Of a DNA stretch of 64,000 nt, positions 27,208-35,845 are shown one piece after another; position 1 is the first letter of the stretch, and each line of letters starts with the position of its first letter. The position numbers were made by a program, and so were the translations under genes. The DNA is taken from positions 1,906-65,905 of the forward strand of contig JBMYRC010000007.1 of NCBI GenBank assembly GCA_049601975.1. Reading direction: 5' to 3'. A model generated the notes under the pieces. That model saw nothing but the letters and a program-made list of their open reading frames with translations. It was not told the origin of the DNA and ran no database searches. The stretch comes from Alphaproteobacteria bacterium (GTDB lineage Bacteria > Pseudomonadota > Alphaproteobacteria > UBA8366).

Positions 27208-27898
27208 TATAGACGATCAAAACAGCCGCGAAGATAGTATTGAATCTGTCAAACCTGCGGGTTCTTATTTAGTAATAAGCTTATTTATTTTATTACTTGC
27301 CTTCTTTATAATACTGAATGTTATTTCTACCAGAACTGAGGTAAAGTCTCGGGCGGTCATGGATTCCTTGATTTCTACGTTCCGGACGGTCGAGAACCCC
27401 ACTCATTCCGCGCAGATATTTTTGTCGAATTTAGGGGCGACACCAGAGCCCGAACAATTGGTCGACGAAATGCGTCGACTTTGGGTGGCGGCGGTTCCCA
27501 TCGCCGAGGTCGAAGTCTTAACCGATGGTCGTACGATGCAGTTGAGACTTCCGGCAAATATGATTTTTCCCGGTGGCAAGGCGTTGCTCAGGAAAGATAG
27601 ACGGCGTTTACTTGGCAACGTGGCGAGTGTGTTGGCGGCGGTGGCGCCGGGTTATTCGAATGAGCTCGAATTGTTGATAGGGACAAATTGGCGGGCAGGT
27701 GAAAAATTGGACTTTGATGTTAACAATTTAGAGATCTCCCGAGCAGTCGAATTCGCGAAAGAATTAATTGCGAGCGGTGCTCCGCGCGACACTGTTTCGA
27801 TTGGTATAAGGGAAGGCGATGGGCGGGAATTGGAGTTTCGATTCTTTGTCCGTAGCAAGGCGATGGCGCGCGTCGAATTTCAACAGTTTTCAGAGTAA
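27200..27898 (+). CDS. MotB-like paralogue lacking the conserved TM aspartate; degenerate OmpA-like C-terminal domain
   Basis: The TM segment YLVISLFILLLAFFIILNVIS aligns with the MotB segment WLVSFADVMALMLAFFVMLFSMS but has no Asp. The C-terminal part RLPANMIFPGGKALLRKDRRRLLGNVASVL...LLIGTN...LEISRAVEFAKELIASG resembles the OmpA_C fold, with GHTD replaced. The start (TTG) is uncertain. Confidence 0.45.
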   Translation: MINIDDQNSREDSIESVKPAGSYLVISLFILLLAFFIILNVISTRTEVKSRAVMDSLISTFRTVENPTHSAQIFLSNLGATPEPEQLVDEMRRLWVAAVPIAEVEVLTDGRTMQLRLPANMIFPGGKALLRKDRRRLLGNVASVLAAVAPGYSNELELLIGTNWRAGEKLDFDVNNLEISRAVEFAKELIASGAPRDTVSIGIREGDGRELEFRFFVRSKAMARVEFQQFSE

Positions 27899-27901
27899 CC
27901 G

Positions 27902-28609
27902 ATGTTTGCAGAGGAGCATCGACCGGAACAAAAAACGCAGGTCCCAACCTGGTTAGTCAGCTTCGCCGATGTCATGGCGCTGATGCTCGCATTTTTTGTG
28001 ATGCTGTTTTCCATGAGCAATATTCAGACGGAGACATGGGACGCTATAATTTCGCAGATATCACCTTCCGAGACGCTTAAAAAGGAAGAGACGCCAAGGC
28101 CGCAGGCGACAAAGAATATAGCGACGGTTAAACTTAGCGAAGCTTTGTCGCTCGACTATTTGGCAAATGTCTTGGAGGAGCATCTTTCGGTGGACGCGTT
28201 GTTGAACGATGCGTCGGTACATCGTCTCGACGGATTGGTTGTCGTATCGTTGCCGTCGGATACGATGTTTCCTGCGGGTGAAGTTGGATTAACCGAAGCG
28301 GCGCGCGAGGCTTTGTTTCGTATGGGGGGAATTATTACAAGTATCGGCAACAGGATCGACGTGAGAGGCCATACGGACCCGGTATCGACGACGGATGGCA
28401 CATACGCATCGAAATGGACGATTTCGTTGGCACGTGCGGCCGCCGTAGCGAATGAATTGCGACGTACTGGTTATGGTAGGCAAATTCCGATCTATGGTCT
28501 TGCGGATACCCGGTTTATTCATCTGGACGAACAAATTCCCGAATCAGCCCGTTTCGTGTTGGCGCGCCGGGTAGATGTCGTCGTGCATCCGCATTCAGGT
28601 GATATCTGA
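27902..28609 (+). CDS. motB: flagellar stator protein MotB
   Basis: VPTWLVSFADVMALMLAFFVMLF carries the proton-channel Asp. The OmpA-like domain reads VVVSLPSDTMFPAGEVGLTEAAREAL...IDVRGHTDPV...WTISLARAAAVANELRRTGY. Confidence 0.85.
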   Translation: MFAEEHRPEQKTQVPTWLVSFADVMALMLAFFVMLFSMSNIQTETWDAIISQISPSETLKKEETPRPQATKNIATVKLSEALSLDYLANVLEEHLSVDALLNDASVHRLDGLVVVSLPSDTMFPAGEVGLTEAAREALFRMGGIITSIGNRIDVRGHTDPVSTTDGTYASKWTISLARAAAVANELRRTGYGRQIPIYGLADTRFIHLDEQIPESARFVLARRVDVVVHPHSGDI

Positions 28610-31600
28610 TGGCGATCATACACTTGTTCATTGTTGCCCTCGGATTGCTGTTCGTTGCAACTCCAGCATATTCGAAAGAAAACGTGCGAGTTCGTGGAGG
28701 AGGGCATGCGGAATTTGGTCGTTTGGTTTTCGATTGGCCGGCGAGCGTCGGTTATAAAGCGGAAATTACTGGACGCAATCTGATCGTAAGATTTAATCGT
28801 CCGATGTCGGCGAATTTCGAAGCTGCGGTCTCCACTCTGGACGATTTTGTAAGTGGTGCCGGTTTGTCCGGAGATAATAAAACCGCGACGATCCGCCTTT
28901 TAGGGGATTATTCCCTGCGGACTTTCGAGAACGGTAACTCGATTGTGGTGGATGTGGTCCGCAAACCGGGTGATGCTTCGGCTGGAGGGGCGTCCGCCCC
29001 CACGCTTAAGGTGCGCAAAGGGCAGCATCCAAATTACGATCGTCTCGTCTTCGATTGGACCCGTCCGGTAGAGTATAATGTTTCGCGCGATGGCGGCCGC
29101 CTCAGTGTTGGATTTAATCGATCGGCCAAGATTGATATTGCAGCGTTACGTTCGGGATTGGGGCGTGTTTTCACCAAGCCGACGGCAAAGACCGAGCCAA
29201 CGAAACTGACATTTGCCGTCGACGTCGACGCGTCGGCTCGAATTCGGCATTTCCGTGCGGGCTACAAAGTAGTTTTGGATGTCTTTCGGAGGACAGACGA
29301 TAAAACCGCGCAAGTAAGTCCGAAACCCACAGCGGCACCGCCTCAAGTCTCAGCGGCACCTGTTGTTCCCGTGAAACGGGATGCTCCTGTCGAGAAGGAT
29401 AAAACGAGCGAACCAAAATCGACAGGGCCGGTCCCACTTGTCTCCAAAGACAAGAAAGCCGATACGGCGAAAGAGGAACAATCTACGGCTAGCGGAAAGG
29501 CGGAACTTGAAAAAGCGAAAGCCAAGTCTGAGCTGAGCAAGAAAGTTGAAGAAACGGTTGCAGTTCAGCAAGGAGCTGAAAAAGAACCGAGCGAGAAACC
29601 TGCTCCAGAGACGAAAGCTGATACAGTTGAGATGCCAAAAGTTGTGGAGGGGAAAGAAGTAGCCGCCGCCAAAGAAGATGAGCCTCAGAATGAACCGCTT
29701 GGAGCGGCGCCGGATCCTGTCACTCTCGTGTTCGAATGGCCGCAAGTAGTCAGCATGGCGGCGTTTCGTCGAAACCAATATGTGTGGATTGTATTTGGTT
29801 TGAGAACGCCAATACAGACAACGCCGCTATTGCAACAAAGCAGAACCTTGATTGATCGGTTTGACCAAATTCCGTCGGGTCAAGCGACGATTTTGAGGAT
29901 TCAGACGAAGAATGAGCAAATTAATGTATCGAAAGTTCAGTTGAATGGGACCAACTGGCTCATCGAATTCTCTCAATCGCCGATGCAACCAAGCGCACAA
30001 ATTAGCTTCGGGGTGAGCGATGCCGGTGCGCAAGGCGCACAATTACTGATGCCGGTGGACGGTTTGGGCCAATTGTTTACGTTCCAAGACCCCGACGTCG
30101 GCGATAGTATCCAGGTGGTTTCCGTTGTTGCGCCGGGCCTCGGTATGGATGGCGAGCGGGCCTATCCGGAATTTCAAATTCTCGCCTCGGCCCAAGGCGT
30201 TGCAATCGAGAGCTTTAACGCGGATTTGGTTCTCAACAAACTTGAGAAAGCAATCGTATTCGGGGGGCCACAAGGTCTATACGTCTCTAAAGTGGCCAAA
30301 GTGCCGTCTAAATTGGACTCAAGTGCACGCAGTCAGGCAGTGACCTTAGGGGCGATTGGGTCGCAAATACTGCGCCCTGATAAATGGCAACGGCGAGAAG
30401 AAGAACTCATCGAAGTACGACAGGAGCTGATGAACGGCATCATCAAGCAAAGCCCTAAACGGCGTGCGAAAGGTCGAACTGAACTCGCGCGTTACAATTT
30501 CTCGCATGGATATGCACAGGAAGCCCTTGGCATTCTCAATGTGGTAGAAGCCACCGATCTTGAAGCTGGGTCGACCGCAGAATTCGTCGCCTTAAAGGGC
30601 GCGGTGTTGGTTTTGGCGGAACGTGGGAAAGCTGCGCAGAAGTCACTTAATGATCCACGCTTGGACGCTTATCAAGACGTCGCTATATGGCGAGGGGCAG
30701 CGGATTATCTTGCTAACGATATTGAATCCGCCGCTAAGAATTTCGACACCGGTGATCCGTCGCTTCAAACCTATCCAAACCCATTGAAGGCAAAGCTGCT
30801 TGTAAAGCGTTTGACGGTAGCGCTTGAGACAGAACAGTTAGAACTCGCCAAAAAATGGCGGGATAAAGTCGGAGAGGAACTCAATTCATTCGGCCCGATT
30901 TACAAAGCGCGTCTCAGTTATCTTTTTGGTCAACTCTATCGGCTTGAACTCGACCTTGATAATGCTGTCGGCGCTTATCAGGTGGCGGCCGACAGTCAGG
31001 ACCATTGGAGCGCTGTCCGAGCGGAGTACGACCTTATTGATCTCAATCTACAACAGGAGACTATTGAAGTAACCAACGCGATTCAGCGATTGGAGCGGCT
31101 TCGTTTCGCATGGCGCGGCGACGCATTTGAACGCAAGGTATTGAATCGATTGGGTGACCTTTACATTGCGGTTGGAGATTACCGTAACGGCCTCAATACG
31201 CTCAAAGTGATTGTGAGTTATTTTGCGAAACATCCGGATGCGGCGGAAACGGCCAAGAAAATGGGTGACGTATTCCGAAACCTTTATCTTGAAGGTGAAG
31301 CGGACAATATTTCACCGCTAAAAGCGTTGGCACTTTACGATGAGTTCCGTGAACTAACGCCGGCGGGCCCTGAAGGTAATTTGATGATTCAAATGCTGGC
31401 CGAGCGGCTCGTTGATGTCGACCTTTTGGATAAAGCCGCGGCTGTTTTGGGACATCAGGTTAAGTTTCGTTTACGTGGCGAGGAGAAAGCGGCTGTCGGA
31501 ACCAAGCTCGCACTGGTTCGATTGATTGCACGTGATCCTCAGGGTGCGCTCAATGCGCTGCGCGACAGTTTTTATCCAAACGTTTCTCTGGAAATCGAAA

Positions 31601-32124
31601 ATGATCGTCGCCGAATTAGAGCAAAAGCGGAATTTGAACTCGGCAAGGCCAACGATGCCATTGCTCTTCTTGCGGGGGATGTGAGCCGTGAGGCAGATTT
31701 GTTGCGGAGTGCTATTTATTTCCGCGAGGCGAATTGGGGAGAAGCAGGGAAGATCTATCAAAGGTTGGTCGGCAATCCGCCAGCAGATGGCGAGGTAATG
31801 GACCAAGAGTTGGGGCGGACTATACTTCTCTGGGCCGTAGCGTTGAAGTTGAATCGCGATGAAGACGGACTACGACAGCTCTTCGACCTTTATGGACCGA
31901 GCATGCGCTCGAGCCCAATGGCTGCGACATTCGATTATATCGCAAAACCCTCCGAAGGGAGTGGGTTTGATCTGGGCTCAATTCAGAAGCAAATTGCCGA
32001 TGTCGATCAATTTCAGGCTTTTATGAAAAATTATCGCGAGCGGTTATTGAAATCCCGCGACGGAGCTAAGTCTTCCACTGGCGCACAATCTTCCAGACAA
32101 TCCACGGCGACGCCAAGCGGTTAA
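28609..32124 (+). CDS. large secreted protein (1171 aa) of unknown family: three AMIN-like repeats, a Pro/Glu/Lys-rich linker and a long TPR-like helical C-terminal region; putative motor-associated periplasmic scaffold
   Basis: The ATG overlaps the motB stop (TGATG at 28607-28611). The signal peptide is MAIIHLFIVALGLLFVATPAYS. Internal repeats were read directly: VRVRGGGHAEFGRLVFDW...VVDVVRK, LKVRKGQHPNYDRLVFDW...VLDVFRR and VTLVFEWPQ. The low-complexity PEK region spans about aa 229-370. Confidence 0.6.
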   Translation: MAIIHLFIVALGLLFVATPAYSKENVRVRGGGHAEFGRLVFDWPASVGYKAEITGRNLIVRFNRPMSANFEAAVSTLDDFVSGAGLSGDNKTATIRLLGDYSLRTFENGNSIVVDVVRKPGDASAGGASAPTLKVRKGQHPNYDRLVFDWTRPVEYNVSRDGGRLSVGFNRSAKIDIAALRSGLGRVFTKPTAKTEPTKLTFAVDVDASARIRHFRAGYKVVLDVFRRTDDKTAQVSPKPTAAPPQVSAAPVVPVKRDAPVEKDKTSEPKSTGPVPLVSKDKKADTAKEEQSTASGKAELEKAKAKSELSKKVEETVAVQQGAEKEPSEKPAPETKADTVEMPKVVEGKEVAAAKEDEPQNEPLGAAPDPVTLVFEWPQVVSMAAFRRNQYVWIVFGLRTPIQTTPLLQQSRTLIDRFDQIPSGQATILRIQTKNEQINVSKVQLNGTNWLIEFSQSPMQPSAQISFGVSDAGAQGAQLLMPVDGLGQLFTFQDPDVGDSIQVVSVVAPGLGMDGERAYPEFQILASAQGVAIESFNADLVLNKLEKAIVFGGPQGLYVSKVAKVPSKLDSSARSQAVTLGAIGSQILRPDKWQRREEELIEVRQELMNGIIKQSPKRRAKGRTELARYNFSHGYAQEALGILNVVEATDLEAGSTAEFVALKGAVLVLAERGKAAQKSLNDPRLDAYQDVAIWRGAADYLANDIESAAKNFDTGDPSLQTYPNPLKAKLLVKRLTVALETEQLELAKKWRDKVGEELNSFGPIYKARLSYLFGQLYRLELDLDNAVGAYQVAADSQDHWSAVRAEYDLIDLNLQQETIEVTNAIQRLERLRFAWRGDAFERKVLNRLGDLYIAVGDYRNGLNTLKVIVSYFAKHPDAAETAKKMGDVFRNLYLEGEADNISPLKALALYDEFRELTPAGPEGNLMIQMLAERLVDVDLLDKAAAVLGHQVKFRLRGEEKAAVGTKLALVRLIARDPQGALNALRDSFYPNVSLEIENDRRRIRAKAEFELGKANDAIALLAGDVSREADLLRSAIYFREANWGEAGKIYQRLVGNPPADGEVMDQELGRTILLWAVALKLNRDEDGLRQLFDLYGPSMRSSPMAATFDYIAKPSEGSGFDLGSIQKQIADVDQFQAFMKNYRERLLKSRDGAKSSTGAQSSRQSTATPSG

Positions 32125-32879
32125 GGCGAAATTTCTCCGAAGCTTTGTATCAAGCTTCCGACGACGAGATACCATCCATCTACCAAAACAAAAAAGATCA
32201 ATTTGAACGGTAGTGAGATCATCACCGGAGGAAGCATCATCATACCCATGGACATAAGGACTGACGCCACGACCATGTCGATGATGAGAAACGGGATGAA
32301 CAAAAGAAATCCGATTTCAAATGCCCGTTTTAATTCCGAAATCATGAAGGCCGGTACAATTACGCGTATCGGCATATCTTCGACACTGTTAATAGGACCG
32401 ACACCAGCAATTTGGCGAAACAGGTCCACGTCTTTCTCTCGGACGTGCCGCATCATGAATTCCTTGATCGGAGCTACGGTTCGCTCAAGTGCCTGTTCTT
32501 CGGTAATTTGCTCGTCGATGAGAGGCGCGACGCCGTTATCGTAAGCCTTTTCTAGCGTTGGCTGCATAATGAAGAATGTCATGAATAGCGCTAAGCTTAT
32601 GACCACTGAATTGGGTGGCGCTCCCTGAGTACCGAGAGCGGTGCGGAGTAGGGAGAGGACAATTACAATCCGCGCGAACGACGTCACCATCAACAAGATC
32701 GAAGGTGCGAGTGTAATAACTGTGAGTAGAACAACGAGTTGGACAATCCGTGCCGTCGCACTGCCACCTTGCCCAAAGTCTAGATTGAGACTTTGAGCCA
32801 GGGCGGATTCGCCAAGTATCGCGACCAAGGGCAAGGAAAGTGCAATCGGCCAGATGGCGCTACGTTGGAAGAAGGTCAT
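32121..32879 (-). CDS. fliP: flagellar type III export pore protein FliP
   Basis: LTVITLAPSILLMVTSFARIVIVLSLLRTALGTQ and FLIPFLIIDMVVASVLMSMGMMMLPP. Confidence 0.95.
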   Translation of the reverse strand: MTFFQRSAIWPIALSLPLVAILGESALAQSLNLDFGQGGSATARIVQLVVLLTVITLAPSILLMVTSFARIVIVLSLLRTALGTQGAPPNSVVISLALFMTFFIMQPTLEKAYDNGVAPLIDEQITEEQALERTVAPIKEFMMRHVREKDVDLFRQIAGVGPINSVEDMPIRVIVPAFMISELKRAFEIGFLLFIPFLIIDMVVASVLMSMGMMMLPPVMISLPFKLIFFVLVDGWYLVVGSLIQSFGEISP

Positions 32880-33250
32880 GTATTACCATCCCCTGACATG
32901 GTCATGAATGGTCTGATTTTGGATTTAATCGATTTGTCGGCGTCATTGGTTTGAGACGTTTCCTCGGGAGGCGAGTTGATGCCGCTTTCAAGCAATATGT
33001 CGTCATGAGCACCCAATAGAATAAGGTGCTCAACATCGTCCCGACGGACTAGGATCAACCTACGCCGGGCGTCTACTGGTGCGACATCGACTACTTCTAC
33101 GCGTCGTCGTCCGGCTCTTGTCTTGCGTCCGAACCGGATAGCGCCGCCAAGTCCATAATGACGCATAACAATAGCGACAAGTCCGATAAGGCCGAGAACG
33201 AAGACCAGAGCGAGGAAGAATTGGAAGTAGTTCGCATAACCTAAATCCAT
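32876..33250 (-). CDS. fliO: flagellar biosynthesis protein FliO
   Basis: Single TM helix followed by VEVVDVAPVDARRRLILVRRDDVEHLILLGAHDDILL. ATGA overlap with fliP. Confidence 0.7.
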   Translation of the reverse strand: MDLGYANYFQFFLALVFVLGLIGLVAIVMRHYGLGGAIRFGRKTRAGRRRVEVVDVAPVDARRRLILVRRDDVEHLILLGAHDDILLESGINSPPEETSQTNDADKSIKSKIRPFMTMSGDGNT

Positions 33251-33299
33251 CTCGAGAAGATCACCCTTTTCGTCGACCCGACGTCATGCGGTACGCTTG

Positions 33300-33584
33300 T
33301 TAGTCGACCGTCGTGTTGCTGTCTTCAGTAGTATTTTCCAATTTATCCTGATGTTCGCCAACGAAATTGGAATACGACTGTAAATCACCCAAAAGCGCAG
33401 ATAACGGTTCGCGTATTTCACCGGCATCCTCGGGTGAAAAATCCGCCACGACTTGACAGGCTTCATCTACTTTCGCCTGCATCAGTTCCATATCAAGATA
33501 CTGATTTTCCTTCAGTTTATCTTGTCCCATTGCCACAATTCCACGTAACACCTCTATTTCGGCAATCAGTTCGTCTTTTGTCAT
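33300..33584 (-). CDS. small acidic helical protein, unknown function (possible flagellar export chaperone/adaptor)
   Basis: 94 aa, acidic, predicted helical. Its start overlaps the stop of the FlhB-C-like gene (ATGA). No motif was recognised. Confidence 0.4.
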   Translation of the reverse strand: MTKDELIAEIEVLRGIVAMGQDKLKENQYLDMELMQAKVDEACQVVADFSPEDAGEIREPLSALLGDLQSYSNFVGEHQDKLENTTEDSNTTVD

Positions 33585-33925
33585 GATGAGTCCACCTCTG
33601 GCATTTGTGTGCCGTTTGCTGCGTAAACATACCTTAAAATCTCGGCGACGGCGATTAAGGCTTCCACTGGTATCTCCGTATCGATATCCGCCGCCGCCAA
33701 CATTTCGGCCAGATCGGCATCTTCTCTTACCCGCACACCCTCTGCAAAGGCGATATCCATAATATTGTCAGCCAGGTTTCCGCGTCCGGATGCAACAATT
33801 TTTGGCAGGGAATTTGGTCCCGTCGGGCGGTGTTCTATGGCGACGGCAATGGAACTTTTTGCCGGTTCTTTAGCGTCAGTCACTTTTACCGAGAGGGGAT
33901 TACCAGATCGCCGTATCTTTTTCAT
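33581..33925 (-). CDS. FlhB C-terminal-domain-like protein (EscU/YscU/HrcU family, stand-alone)
   Basis: AVAIEHRP...LPKIVASGRGNLADNIMDIAFAEGVRVREDADLAEMLAAADIDTEIPVEALIAVAEILRYVY is collinear with the FlhB cytoplasmic domain after the NPTH site. There is no TM region. Confidence 0.75.
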   Translation of the reverse strand: MKKIRRSGNPLSVKVTDAKEPAKSSIAVAIEHRPTGPNSLPKIVASGRGNLADNIMDIAFAEGVRVREDADLAEMLAAADIDTEIPVEALIAVAEILRYVYAANGTQMPEVDSS

Positions 33926-34298
33926 TATCCCTTACCGGTATTTGCGGAATCGTCATGAATTCTGCAACAGAAATCCGCGACATTCGCTAGAGAAATGCGT
34001 TTGCATTGCATCATAATTTTATCGTTATAAATCATGTGGTTATGCATGCTCGATTTGCACTTAAGTTAGCGAGGTTTCGGTAGCGAATGTATCACAAATA
34101 GAAACTTCAGCGTGGCAGTCAATTTTGTGGACATCAAGCCCTAAATTTCAATTCAAACAGTTTAGAAATAAAAACACCTAGTATCAATTGTTATTTATTC
34201 TTATAATATTAGAGATTTTTTTACGGTTTATTTGAAAATGCGAAAACAATGTGTACTATACATATATATTACTGATGTTTTTTCTGCGTTCCAATCAT

Positions 34299-34314
34299 TG
34301 GCATGTTCTATGCA
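34299..34314 (+). promoter_or_regulatory. sigma-54 (-24/-12) promoter of the flgBC-fliE-fliQR-flhB operon
   Basis: TGGCATGTTCTATGCA with exact GG-N10-GC spacing, about 78 nt upstream of the flgB ATG. Confidence 0.65.
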
Positions 34315-34391
34315 TATTTGTTGGGTGGATGGATGAGGCGCGGCTCGGGAGGGTCGCTAGAACGGTCTTTTAGATCGGAGGATGGAACACA

Positions 34392-34796
34392 ATGGATATG
34401 AGCAAAATCGCCGTATTTCGTATGACGACCGGCAAAATGGGCTGGTTAGCGGAGCGGCAGCGCGTTCTCTCGCAGAATGTCGCTAACTCCGACACTCCAA
34501 ATTATCAGCCAAAAGACCTGAAAACGGTTGATTTCAAACGCCTGGTCCAGAAAAGCGAGGGCGTCAATATCGTAAGAACGCATCGCGACCACGTGTCGCT
34601 TGGCTCGGAAAGCCAGAAGTATCAGGTGGAGAAATCCAGAGACCCTTATGAAACCACGCCGGATGGAAACGCTGTAATTCTAGAACAACAATTGATCAAG
34701 GCAGCGAAGACGACCGCGGATTATGAATTGATGACCAGCTTGTATCGCAAACAAGTGGGCATGTTTAAGATCGCGCTTGGCAAAGGCCAAGGGTAA
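34392..34796 (+). CDS. flgB: flagellar proximal rod protein FlgB
   Basis: RQRVLSQNVANSDTPNYQPKDL. 134 aa, first gene of the rod/export operon. Confidence 0.9.
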   Translation: MDMSKIAVFRMTTGKMGWLAERQRVLSQNVANSDTPNYQPKDLKTVDFKRLVQKSEGVNIVRTHRDHVSLGSESQKYQVEKSRDPYETTPDGNAVILEQQLIKAAKTTADYELMTSLYRKQVGMFKIALGKGQG

Positions 34797-34808
34797 TAGG
34801 AGGGCGAC

Positions 34809-35222
34809 ATGGCAAATGATCTAGAAAGCGCTCTATCGATTGCAGCCTCTGGAATGCGCGCCCAAGGCTTCCGCCTTAAGGTCGTCGCTCAGAATATTGC
34901 GAATGCGTCGTCGACGGCGGACCGGACTGGTGGTGAGCCTTATCGACGGAAGATCGTGACCTTCGCGAATGTTCTGGACCGTGAATTGGATGCGAAGCTT
35001 GTTGAAATTAAAAAAGTAAAAGAGGATTCCTCTCAGTTCAGTTTGGTGTATAATCCCAATCATCCTGCAGCTAACGGGGAAGGCTTTGTTGAGATGCCGA
35101 ATGTAAATGCCTTGGTCGAGATGATGGATATGCGGGAAGCTCAACGGAGTTATGAGGCTAATTTGAATATGATCGAGTCTTCCAAACAATTAATGTCGCG
35201 TACCATAGGCCTGCTGCGCTAA
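34809..35222 (+). CDS. flgC: flagellar proximal rod protein FlgC
   Basis: SGMRAQGFRLKVVAQNIANASST...PYRRK and the C-terminal VNALVEMMDMREAQRSYEANLNMIESSKQL. Confidence 0.95.
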   Translation: MANDLESALSIAASGMRAQGFRLKVVAQNIANASSTADRTGGEPYRRKIVTFANVLDRELDAKLVEIKKVKEDSSQFSLVYNPNHPAANGEGFVEMPNVNALVEMMDMREAQRSYEANLNMIESSKQLMSRTIGLLR

Positions 35223-35245
35223 GATCAAAGGCGGAGGTAGTATCG

Positions 35246-35554
35246 ATGGCAATTAGTCCGGTTGACGCAGCTCAGGCATTTAGTAAGGCCGCAAAGCTCG
35301 TAAGTGGTGGAATGGAGCCGCGGGCGACGCTTGGGCAAAGCAGTTTCGTCGATTTAGTTAAAGATGTGGCAACGAAATCGATCGAAGCGGGAAAGGAATC
35401 CGAGAGACTGACAGCGGCCGCAGTCGCGGGTGAGGCGGATTTGACCGATGTCGTGACTGCTGTTTCGAATGCGGAAATGACGTTGCAGACCGTCGTGACC
35501 GTTCGGGATCGTGTTATGGCGGCCTATCAGGAAATCTTGCGGATGCCGATTTAG
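35246..35554 (+). CDS. fliE: flagellar hook-basal body complex protein FliE
   Basis: 102 aa. The C-terminal LTDVVTAVSNAEMTLQTVVTVRDRVMAAYQEILRMPI is typical of FliE. Confidence 0.9.
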   Translation: MAISPVDAAQAFSKAAKLVSGGMEPRATLGQSSFVDLVKDVATKSIEAGKESERLTAAAVAGEADLTDVVTAVSNAEMTLQTVVTVRDRVMAAYQEILRMPI

Positions 35555-35562
35555 GCGTAGGT

Positions 35563-35835
35563 ATGAACGAAGCCCAAGCGCTAGATTTTATGCGCGACGC
35601 CATTTTGACGTTGCTGAAGGTGACAACCCCTATCATGCTTGTAGGCCTTGTCGTTGGCCTTATAATTTCCCTCTTTCAAGCGCTCACCTCCATCCAGGAG
35701 ATGACACTTACATTTGTCCCTAAAATCCTAATCGTCTTTTTTTCCTTAGTGATCTTCCTGCCCTTTATGCTCGATACGATGCGTGGGTTTATGGAAGGGG
35801 TTGCGAATAAGATCATCGGTCTCGGCAGCGGCTGA
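35563..35835 (+). CDS. fliQ: flagellar export apparatus protein FliQ
   Basis: 90 aa with two TM helices and LFQALTSIQEMTLTFVPKI. Confidence 0.95.
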   Translation: MNEAQALDFMRDAILTLLKVTTPIMLVGLVVGLIISLFQALTSIQEMTLTFVPKILIVFFSLVIFLPFMLDTMRGFMEGVANKIIGLGSG

Positions 35836-35845
35836 GTAGTAGCGG

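Noticed and set aside
33950-33975. Sigma-54-like element on the minus strand upstream of the flhB-C-like gene (CGGATTTCTGTTGCA with a perfect TTGCA)
   Set aside because: The GG-to-GC spacing is 9 nt rather than the invariant 10, and the -24 half is poor. It is not reported as a promoter.
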